A DNA stretch of 64,000 nucleotides from Octopus vulgaris (Eukaryota). The stretch lies in assembly GCA_951406725.2 (NCBI GenBank), contig OX597830.1, positions 69,998,001 to 70,062,000 on the forward strand, given 5' to 3'. Below are positions 52,253 through 64,000 of the stretch, piece after piece; the stretch's first letter is position 1, and each line of letters begins with the position of its first letter. The notes under the pieces were generated by a model that was given only the letters and a program-made list of their open reading frames with translations, made no database searches and had not been told where the DNA came from. Made by a program: the position numbers and the translations under genes.

Positions 52253-52703
52253 TTTTCACAAATACATATATGTATACTTATATATATACTTATATGTATA
52301 TATATATACACACACATAGATACATATATATATATATATTCATATATATTTATATATATATATATATACATACATGTATGTATTTAATATATTTATATAT
52401 ACCTATTACATATATATATATTATATATGCATATAATGCAGGGTTACGTAATCCAAACACGCAAATATACGTACGTGTATACATATAAGCTTCCAAATTT
52501 TTATAAATATACTTGCATACATACTTACACACATATATGCCAAGATGTACTAACACACATATAAGCATATATATACATGCATACACGCACATGCGCATAT
52601 ATATATATATATATATACACGAGAATAATTTCTGTAAAACAGTTCTTTAGATCTATATACATGTGTATAGATTATATCTATATCTATACCTGTATGTATA
52701 TAT

Positions 52704-52800
<97 letters not shown>

Positions 52801-52878
52801 CATATACATATTTATATACATAGCTGTCTATATATACATAGATACATATATATCTATATGTATATATATATATCTATG

Positions 52879-52964
<86 letters not shown>

Positions 52965-53351
52965 AGCTATTATTACATAAGATTTTCACCTGAACATATC
53001 GACCTAAGCTTACATTTTAACTTATTTTATCCACCTTGATAATCGAATATATAAGTTCCATGCTTTGATATTGAGTTCCACTACTCGACATAAGTAAATC
53101 TATATGCAGGTGCGAGGTCACACATCTACATACACACTCTCATAGACTCATATGCATAGAGGCTGCAGTCTCACAAATTTAGTTTTCTGTTCCATGAAAT
53201 ACCACATAGATTCCATCGGTCTAGTTGCCCAGCAGTAGAAACGAACCTGCAGCGACGTGGAAGTAAAGTGGCTTCTAAAATCTACAGTAAATATACCTAT
53301 AGTATACGAACATGCATAATGCACGCATATGTATGTACGTATGTACGTGGC

Positions 53352-53397
<46 letters not shown>

Positions 53398-53411
53398 GTA
53401 TACATACATAT

Positions 53412-53463
<52 letters not shown>

Positions 53464-54228
53464 CAAGAGAAGGAGAGAGAGAAAAGCAGAGGGAAAGGTG
53501 GGCAGATAGATCAACCGAAGCAATTCGATAAATAGGTGTAAGTGCGCTTTTGGTAACTAAGCATTAATGCTTTGTGAAAGCATACATGCTTGATATATAC
53601 ACAGGTGTACAATGTATAACATGTTTGATTCTATGTTGTACATGTTATATATACATACATACGCAAGTAAACACACACACATGCAAACGCATACCTAAAT
53701 ATATATATACAGAGAGATATATTTACGTTTATGAATAGATATGTATAGATATATTTTATAATGTATGTATATACAAACATATATTTTATAATGTATGTAT
53801 ATACAAACATATATTTGTATATATGTTAATGTGTTAGTGTGTTTGTGTGTGTGTGATTAACCGTAACTCGCAGCTGTGTAGGGCTTCGTATTATGTACCT
53901 TGTATATAGCAGATGTAAAATTATAAAATTCATACTTTATCATATTTGCCTGTCTATCTATCTATCTATCTGTCTATTCATCTATATATATATATCGATC
54001 TATCTGCCTTGATTTAGTTACCAAGTGAGGTAGATAGATAGATTTATAGATAGATATATGATATATAATAGGAAAATTTTCTGTGGGTATATAACAAGCG
54101 TCGCATGTATGTATGTATATATATATATATATAATACATACACACACACATATATATATAAATATATATATATGTATATATATGTATGTATATATGTATA
54201 TATGTATATATGTATATGTATATATATA

Positions 54229-54321
<93 letters not shown>

Positions 54322-54763
54322 GTATGTATATGATGTTTGCAGCCACTTCAACATACCTATGAACATTACTTGCTAGCACTACTACCATCACCTCTTAGAG
54401 ATTTTAGAGCTCATATATATATACATGACTACATACATACATACATGCATACATACATACATACATACATACATACGTATATATATATATGTGTATATAA
54501 GTATGTATATATATATATATCTGTATATATCTATACACATTTATACGTATTTTATATATTCTTATAGTATTCGTACGCGTATATGAGTATACATGTAATC
54601 ACACATCCATATATATATCTGTATAGCTGTGTGTATGTTTGTGTGTTTGTATCCGGGTATATATATATATATATATGGTGTATGCGTTTAGTGTAAATAT
54701 ACACAGGCGCTGTTGCATTATATGTATACATATATATGAATATAATGTGTATATGTATGTATG

Positions 54764-54842
<79 letters not shown>

Positions 54843-54985
54843 GTGTGGATATATATGCACACAAGTTCGTGCACATGTATATATGCAATGCATACACATA
54901 ATATATACATTTTATGATACATATACGTGGTTATAGTACAAATACAACATACTTATACATATATACTATGTATATATATGTATAC

Positions 54986-55020
<35 letters not shown>

Positions 55021-55086
55021 ATTGATATAGGGTTTATATATATATATATACATATATACATATATATACATATATATAAGTATGTG

Positions 55087-55124
<38 letters not shown>

Positions 55125-55284
55125 CACACATACACACATACACTCTCATATATATTCAGTTGTTTCTGTCTCTGGTAACACAATATGTGCCTTTGTCCAT
55201 GCCTGCTCATAGTTCTGCAAGCTCACCGCTTAATAATAATAATAACAATAATAATAATAATAATAATTATAATAATCTTTTCTT

Positions 55285-55460
55285 TTATAGGCACAAGGCC
55301 TAAGATAAGGGGGTGATTGGTGGGGGTGGCTAGACGATTACGTCGACCCCAATGCATAACTGGAACTTATTATATCGACCCTGAAAGGATCAGAGGCAAA
55401 GACGACTCCGGTGGAATTTTAACTCAGAATGTAATTACAGAAGAAATAGCGCGAAGCATT
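55285..55460 (-). mobile_element. SINE family C, diverged
   Basis: ATCGACCCTGAAAGGATCAGAGGCAAAGACGAC...AACTCAGAATGTAA. Confidence 0.65.
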
Positions 55461-55559
55461 TTTCTGATTCGCTGGTTTTCACGAACTTACTCTTTATTGT
55501 TTTAACTATTCCATGAAACAGTCGTAGGGAGATGACACACTGGACTTCGATGCAAGATG

Positions 55560-56060
55560 GCGATCAGCGTGGTGATAGAATGCCATCAGGTTTTGAGGTT
55601 AAGAAAATTTGAATGCTTTTAAAGATATTAGAAATTGGCAAAAATGATCGATAACCTGAGGATTTTTTAAAAAAGGCACAGCTTTGAATAGTTGGTTTGT
55701 GTTGCAGGCCGTACCTTTCCACCTCAGGTAAAGAGATACGACTTTTCACGTTTTTGTTCTTAGGTTAGTCTTTCACAGAGTGGAAGCAAAATTTTAACAA
55801 TGTCCTTAAAGGCTCTTTGAATTCGGAAAATGATAGACTACAAAGTTTTGTTTGTAGCTACCAGAAGATTTATTACCCACGTAAATGCTGCTTCGATACC
55901 TTAAGTCCAGGTAGATAGATCCCTTCTTTGGCAATGTGTGGAAAATCATATCGCATCATCCAAGTTCAACCTTTTCTCATCGATATTAAATATCTGCTTT
56001 GGAAGGCAACCTACCAGCTCTTTCTCAATAATTTCCAATGAAATCTTAAGCTATTCCACT
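55560..56060 (-). pseudogene. Decayed pogo/Tigger-like DDE transposase fragment
   Basis: Minus strand GCLPKQIFNIDEK (cf. Y.PEQIFN.DETGL), followed in shifted frames by HIAKEGIYLPGLKVSKQHL and PNSKSL-like segments. Confidence 0.65.
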
Positions 56061-56207
56061 GTTATTATCCTGACAGTATTACCAGGGTAATATACAGCCA
56101 TATCTGTATATTGTGCAAGATGGAGTGAATTCTATACCTATGAAACCAACCATGGCTATCTGTAAATATTTCTTTATCAAGACTCTTGAGATGTTTAGAC
56201 TTTAAAT

Positions 56208-56262
<55 letters not shown>

Positions 56263-56760
56263 GAGGGGGAGTGATAGACAACCAAAGACAGACAGAGAGA
56301 GAAAGAAAGAGAAAGGAAGAGAGTGAGAGAGAGAGAGAGAGAGAAAGGCTTATAGGTATGCAGCGCTAATAATACTGGTCGCCTATCCACGCACTAAGAA
56401 AATTTTTTCTATTTCTTACATCACTAACCTTTTTTTGTTTTCTTACTAATTATCATGTAATGATATGTTACGGAATCATTCGAATGATGCATAATGCATA
56501 ATTTGTTCTTTAAATTGCCATAACAGTAGAACGGTTCATTCCATGGCCACCTGCTCTGTTTGCCATGTTCTCAGCTATGTCAATTCGCTTTATAACGTCC
56601 GTTTTAGTTTACAATGTAATAATGTGAAACTTCTTGGCATCGTTCATTACGACTGTCTCCAATTGTAAGCTGCTGAGAAGTATTCAAGTGGTCGACTATT
56701 CGTTAAAACTACAAACAAACAGGAATCACCCGGTTATATCACAGGAAGATGACAAGTAAT

Positions 56761-57318
56761 TATTGGGTTGTCCGGAGAGTTCGTGCCGATTTATTGTAGC
56801 TTACCTTTCGACATATTTTAGTCCATAAAATAGGATTCGACTACACCTCCAGTTAGAGCATAGTTTAAGCTATCTTTTCGTGGAAGAAGGTTTATGTTCC
56901 TATAACCTGTGTAAATTCTGTAAACCTTTAAAATGGAAGATAAGAAAGTTCATTTTCAGCAATTGATGCTGTGGGAACCAGACAAAAATTGCTGCAGCTC
57001 GGCTGGGATGTGTTACCCCACCCTCCATATTCACCAGATATTACTCCTTCGGATTTCCACTTATTCAGGTCTCTGCAGATTAGTCTTAATGGTAAAAATT
57101 TCAATTCCTTGGATGATGTAAAAAGATACCTTGATGAATTCTTTACCATGAAACCACCTTAATTCTGGGAAGAGGGTACTTTTCAAGTTAAAGGAAAGAT
57201 GGAGACGCATTGTGCAACAAAATGGTTCATATTTGGTTGATTAAAAATGTAATGGCAAGTATTTATTGACTTTTTCTTTCCTTTAAAAATCGGCACGAAC
57301 TTTCCGGACAACCCAATA
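56761..57318 (+). mobile_element. Mariner internal-deletion derivative (about 560 bp) with intact TIRs and TA TSD
   Basis: TATTGGGTTGTCCGGAGAGTTCGTGCCGATTT...AAATCGGCACGAACTTTCCGGACAACCCAATA. The N-terminus MEDKKVHFQQLML is joined to TRQKLLQLGWDVLPHPPYSPDITPSDFHLFRSL. Confidence 0.93.
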
Positions 57319-57584
57319 CGTTGTGATTAGATGACGCTGCATAAGCTTATGCCTTTTATTGTGTGAAACCAGCAAACGGCCCGGTCTTCCAAATGTGTGT
57401 TTATAGAAATGGTTTGTTTATATATGTGAAACTTCGTAACTTGAACGTATGTAACTAGGATAACGTTATCATATGTATCAATACGCGCATACGCATTCAT
57501 ACACACGCAAGCATTCATACAGATACACACGCATTTATACACACACACACACACACACACGCATATTCTCAGTTTCTCTGCCTA

Positions 57585-57687
<103 letters not shown>

Positions 57688-57738
57688 GTTTATCTATTTA
57701 CTTATCTATCTATCTAACTATCTATCTATCTATCTATA

Positions 57739-57780
<42 letters not shown>

Positions 57781-58421
57781 CTCTCTCTTTCTCTTTCTCT
57801 TTTTCTCTGTCTGTCTGCCTATCTCTCTCTCTCCCCTCTCTCTCTCCCCCCTCTCTCTCTCGTATACACGCACACCGTGCATCTGTATAAGTTTGCAAAT
57901 AAATTTTATATACGTACGTTTGATAACCGTCCATTTTGGCCTCCGTTTAAATAGATCTTTGTTCAAACTACAAAGCTCAAGAATAACTCAGCTAATTTTG
58001 TGTGGTTGAACTAAACACATGGGAACGAGCGCAACGAGAATAACTTCAACAATAACGAAATGTAAACACGAAGAAAAGAACCTCTAAGTGGCCGGTTGCC
58101 CTGCCTGAAATAGCAGCTAAATCTACCTTAACTAACACCCTAATGTTTTTTTTCTTTTCTTTTTTTGTGTAGAAAATGGAAGGATACATTACATAGTTGA
58201 TTTTAACATAGCAAGAGTTCTTGAAATTTACGGCGGTACGCAGGAGTGGGTGGTCAATGAAATCTTTGGCAGTTCTTGACTGGCACTATGTTTTACCAAT
58301 CACGAAAGGATGAGAGGCACAGAGCCGAAACAGACGTAAAATACCACGGAACACTTATTTTTTTTCCTGGGGCTTTTGCTAGTCTTGAGTGTGTGTGTGT
58401 GTGTGTGTATGAGTGTGCGAT

Positions 58422-58455
<34 letters not shown>

Positions 58456-58469
58456 GTGTTACTTCTAGC

Positions 58470-58690
58470 TTTTACTTGTTTCACCCATTGGACTACAAGC
58501 CATGCTGCGGCATCGGATTAAAAGGTTTAATAGAACATATCCCCCCCACCCACAGAACTTGATTTAAAAAAAAAAGTCTGGTACTTACTCTAACAGTCTC
58601 TTTTACTGAACTGCTATTTTACGGGGATGTAAACAAACTAACCCCGGTTGTGAAAGCGGTGGAGTGGAAACAAATACGGACACACACGTG
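58470..58690 (-). mobile_element. SINE family B, 3' part, diverged
   Basis: TTTTACTTGTTTCA...GGTACTTACTCTA...ACGGGGATGTAAACA. Confidence 0.65.
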
Positions 58691-58747
58691 CGCGCTCGTA
58701 TAGATACTACATATATACATGCATACACACATATCTGTATGTGTTTC

Positions 58748-58790
<43 letters not shown>

Positions 58791-58898
58791 TATAATTATT
58801 TATTATTATTATTATTATTATTGACTAACTGTTTACACGCTAGGCCACTGGTAATGGAAATTTCTAATTTTTCTGATTACCCTTTGATATTATTAATT

Positions 58899-58958
<60 letters not shown>

Positions 58959-59544
58959 TATATAAATACATATACATACATAAATACATGCACACACGCA
59001 CACACACGTAAACAATGCTTGAAATAAAAAAAAGACATGATGGACACCGCTGGAACACTCTAGATGTAGATGATAAGTCTGCTTCACCAGAGGCGACCTG
59101 TGAGGCTAAGCAACAACAAACACAACAATCTCGCCGCCATTACTGCCGCTGCCGACGCCGCCGCCAACAACAACAACAACAACAACAACAATTACGGCGA
59201 TCACGGCCATGATGAGGACGACTACGACCACGCCGACTACGACCTTCCACGCCGACGACGACCTCCACGCCGACACTTGTATAAAACAAAGAATGCAACA
59301 ATAGAGCGCCAAAAGTCAGAAGATCTGTCCGACATTTATTATCGATTCATTATGAAAAGTGGCCAAGGGAATTGACTGGTAGAATGGTTTCATGCTATGT
59401 CACCAATCAAGCACGGTTGAGTGGCAATTCTTACCACTTTAACCCTCCACTTCTCATTTCATAGATAACTCAGACCAGAAAACATCTTTTTCATGTCAAG
59501 ACGCCTGTCTTTCATCTTAGGTGTGAGTGTGTCTCTGTACATCA

Positions 59545-59598
<54 letters not shown>

Positions 59599-60520
59599 CG
59601 GTGTTTGAGTGTATACGTGTGTGGCAGTGTTTGAGTGTGTGTGTCTTTGTGTGTGCCGGTGTTTGAGTGTATACGTGTGTGCCAGTGTGTGTGTGTGTGT
59701 GGCAGTGTTTGAGTGTGTGTGTGTGTGTGTTTGTGTAGTTGTGTGTGACTGTGTGTATATGTTTACACGTATGTCTGCGTACATATGTGTTTATGTATTT
59801 CTGTGGGTACGTATGTGCTTCCGTGTTTGACCGCGTGAGTATATGTTTGGGAGAGTGCCTTTGCTTGTGTGTGCGCGCGCGCGTGTGCGTGTGTCTGTGT
59901 GATGATGTGCGTGTCTCTATGTGACGGGGAGTGTGTGTGTGTGTGTGTGCTTACATGTATGTGTGCGTATATATGTGCTCACGTATTTGTGTGTGTACAT
60001 ATATATGTGCTTCCGTATTTGAGTGTGTGCATGTTTGGGTGTGTAGAGGAGTGCCTTTGCCCATGTGCGTGTGTGTGTGTCTCTGTGTATGCGTGTGTGT
60101 GTGTGTAGAAGGAGAGTGGTCGAGTGTGTCTGTGTGTGTATGTGTGTGTGTATGTATGTATGTATGTATGTATGTATGTATGTATGTGTACGTGTTCTCA
60201 GTTGTGTGAATATGTTTGTGTATTATCATGTGTGCGAGAAGCGAGCTCCGGCCACTCACAACCCCCCCACACACACATACACACACTCATCTCACGCGTA
60301 TATTCATTCATTCATATGCACATACATTCATACACACATTTATATGTGTGTGCTTGGGTGTAGAAGCACGCATTCACATAAAATATATATACAAAAATAT
60401 AATACGTAATGCACACACACACATAATTACTTTATATAAGCACACATTCACATATAGACACACGTATATATATAACGGTCGGTGAGTGTATATAGGTGGG
60501 TGTATGTATGTGTGTTTGTA

Positions 60521-60562
<42 letters not shown>

Positions 60563-60729
60563 TGTGTGAGTGTGTGTGTACAATTAGAAATTTTCTGCTT
60601 ATGTTTTTATATACACGGTGTATGCATACACATTCAGAAAGAGGACACACAATTATGTGGATCTGTCTCTGTGTGTGTCTGTGTGTCTATTTCTTATGTA
60701 TGTATATAAGCATGTATATATATACATAC

Positions 60730-60780
<51 letters not shown>

Positions 60781-61223
60781 CATATATACATATATACATA
60801 CATACGTATTTATATATATATATGTATATACATATATACGTACAAACGTATATAAACCTATATATTTGTATATTAGTACGTGAATATACACCTTACAGAG
60901 AGTTGTGTATGTATATCTATCTAAATATGAGAGTGAGTTCCGAGGAAGAGCTTACTATGTGTCCCTAACCAATATGTACGAACAAATGTCTCGTGAAGAT
61001 AAGCGTCCCAGGTTTCTACAAGAATTTACATACTGACTTAAAGAGATCTCTAATCAATGCGGATGAAAAGCATACTGGCTATCTGCGGTCAGCTGTAAAA
61101 CAAGGAGCGAACAAGCAGCAATCTGTGTAAAAATAGTTATAAAATTTTGCCTACAGCCAGTCGATTTATGCCACAGACCACTACTGTCTTTGTCTTTCAT
61201 GCTCCACAGCTTACGTATATATG

Positions 61224-61274
<51 letters not shown>

Positions 61275-61382
61275 ATATATATACACACATGCATATGCAC
61301 ATATATATACGTATATACTTACACACACACATATATATATATATACACACATGCATATGCACATATATATACGTATATACTT

Positions 61383-61417
<35 letters not shown>

Positions 61418-61503
61418 CATACATATATATATGTATATATATATATATGTATATATATATAGATATACATATGTATATATATATATATACTTATATACAT
61501 ATA

Positions 61504-61541
<38 letters not shown>

Positions 61542-61612
61542 CATATATATATAATATATATATATGAATATATCTATATATACATATATATGTATATACA
61601 TATATATATATA

Positions 61613-61662
<50 letters not shown>

Positions 61663-62113
61663 TGTGTGTGTGTATGTATGTATGTATGTATGCATATACG
61701 TATGTATACGTGAATGTATGTAAGTATATCTGTGTGTACCGAAGTTCTGGGCAAAGGACTGCCCTTTGCTAGTTTGTAGTCGGTGTCTAGATCAGCCGGC
61801 GAAACGAGCAATTCGCTGCCATATGTACCATTACAAACGAAAGACAATTGACGGTGCTTGGGAGTGAGCGAGAGGGGGAGAATTAGAGAGGTGGGGAGAG
61901 AATAAAAGAGAGACAGGAGAGGGAGGAAGAGTGCGAAGGGGAGGCAGAAAGGAGAGAATGATAGAGGAGAATGGTGAGAGATGAAGACGTGGTAATGGAG
62001 GACATTCGGAAATATTCAGGATGACCATTGACAAATAGGCCACACGCATGCGCGCACGCACACCCACATACACACACACACGTACATACACACATACACA
62101 GATACGCATACAC

Positions 62114-62148
<35 letters not shown>

Positions 62149-63785
62149 CACATACATACATACGCACACACACGCATGTACACACACACATACACACACA
62201 TTGACAAAAATACATAGACGCACACATGCACACGTATCCGTATGCACAATGCACCCGCACACTCAAACACTCGTGCACATGCAATGCACAGCCATTCGTC
62301 AATTGATGCACATTCATATTTTCACCATTAATGCAGTACCATAACGACACAGAACTCTTGAATTGGATCAAGCGGTCGTGAATACACACACACACGTATA
62401 CACACACGCACATACACACACGTATACACACACGCATACACACTGACACATACACACGCAAGCATATGCACACGCTCACACACATGCACATACATATAGT
62501 AACACACACACACGAGCGAACACACACGGAATCACACCCATCCACACACACACATATTTACACATACTCGCACATAAACACATCTATAAACACATACACA
62601 TATACTTACAAACGCATACTTACTCGCCTATATTTACAGACGCATACACATGTACTTGCATACATACACTCATTCACACTCACTTTCACACATATAGAGT
62701 TACACTCATACAAACACACATACACACTCACACACATATATATAGACACGTACATATATACCTTCATACGTATATATTTATATAAACAAATTTATACACA
62801 CCTATATACAAAAAGAGGCGTGCGAGAGCGCCTACATACTCAAACACACACATTTACAAATGCATAAACTTACACACATGTGCGTAAAAACACCCACATA
62901 CATACGCCTACACACATACACCAACGGATGGATGAAAGGAAGTTTGCACGTTCGACTTTAATTTCTACTCCGTCATCGTTTCAATAAAAATGACATACTT
63001 AGGAACGAGAGAGAGAGAGAGAGAGAGAAGGGGAGAGAGATGTAGAAGGAAGAGAGAGAGAGATGGCGAGGACAGACCTGATACAGTAGAAGGACTAGTG
63101 CTAAACGTAACAGTGTAACCAAGTCGATATTCGTTGGCAAATACGCGTGTTTGTGTCCTGTCGATATTTGTGATAACGTGCATGCTAGAGTCATTAGCAC
63201 CGTGACTAAGAGTTTGAGGTTCAGGATTAAATGTTGTTTAAACTGAAACATTAATTATTTTGGTAGAGTTTTTATGGCGAGCCTATGTACTTATCTACAT
63301 TTATGGCCGGTACTGTGTTCATTCTTCGTCGGAGAGCGTCACTTTGAACCAAGTTTTCGCGGCATACTTGAAACAATTGCAGGATAGTTGCTAGGGTTTA
63401 CACATTATATTATCTACAAACACCGTCATGACATTTGCAGAATAAAACAAACAGACGCTGTGAAAACATTCATATTTTCGTATAAATTTCGAGACCAAAG
63501 TCTTGTTTTTCTTTCATCACTTTTTCGACAAACTTCAAATCAAACACGTTTATATGCTTCAATTTATTATGATATTGTAGAATTTATAGTATCCGACTAC
63601 CTGTTGGAAACTTTCCGGTTTATACCATATTTTCAAAGTGTTTTTCCTTTGGAGAAATCCAAATGCCATTACATGTTACATTGGCGGATTTTAATTGCAG
63701 TATTTTCAGAATTTTCTGCCTGCATTTATACACATATATATATATAAACGAACGTATTTGTGTATGTGTTTATATATATATTTAC

Positions 63786-63819
<34 letters not shown>

Positions 63820-64000
63820 ATATATGTATACATATCTACATATGTGAATGTATGTATAGGGTTTACCATTCCACAGATTTTGAGTGTTTAACATGAAAGA
63901 GATTGTAGGTTCTTTAGAGTATACTTTAAAGTCCGAAAGAGTCCAAAATGTCATCGTATTTGAAGGTTCCTTGTTACCATCAAAGTTTTTGATTCACAGT

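Noticed and set aside
61751-61769. Small hairpin GCAAAGG/CCTTTGC near a GAAAC, as a ribozyme or terminator
   Set aside because: The stem is only 7 bp, there is no CUGANGA core, and intrinsic terminators are irrelevant in this eukaryotic context.

Overview
This is eukaryotic, very AT-rich, repeat-saturated DNA, most likely from a coleoid cephalopod (Octopus-like). That call is inferred from the homeodomain sequence and the SINE families. The only credible host coding sequence is the homeobox-containing last exon of the posterior Hox gene Post1 on the minus strand (31133-31404, phase-1 acceptor). No convincing upstream exon is visible, so 31.4-64 kb is probably intron or upstream regulatory DNA. 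Bases 1-29 kb are packed with decayed mobile elements: several tRNA-derived SINE families, L1/Tx1-like and R4/Dong-like LINE fragments, mariner relics and MITEs. Bases 33-64 kb are mostly (TA)n/(CA)n/(TATG)n/(TATC)n microsatellite, broken by short unique islands carrying Hox/Cdx/TALE-type motifs. Nearly all other ORFs in the supplied track are microsatellite or TE artefacts. I found no prokaryote-type system. The best leads are: near-perfect foldback hairpins with 15-21 nt loops beside TA tracts; a minimal hammerhead-like motif; an ABAB higher-order SINE concatemer; a SINE copy carrying another copy's 5' flank; a LINE and SINE sharing a 3' tail; a mariner built from two 5' ends; and candidate Hox enhancers. 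Repeat boundaries were read by eye and are approximate. Family names are from memory, not database searches.
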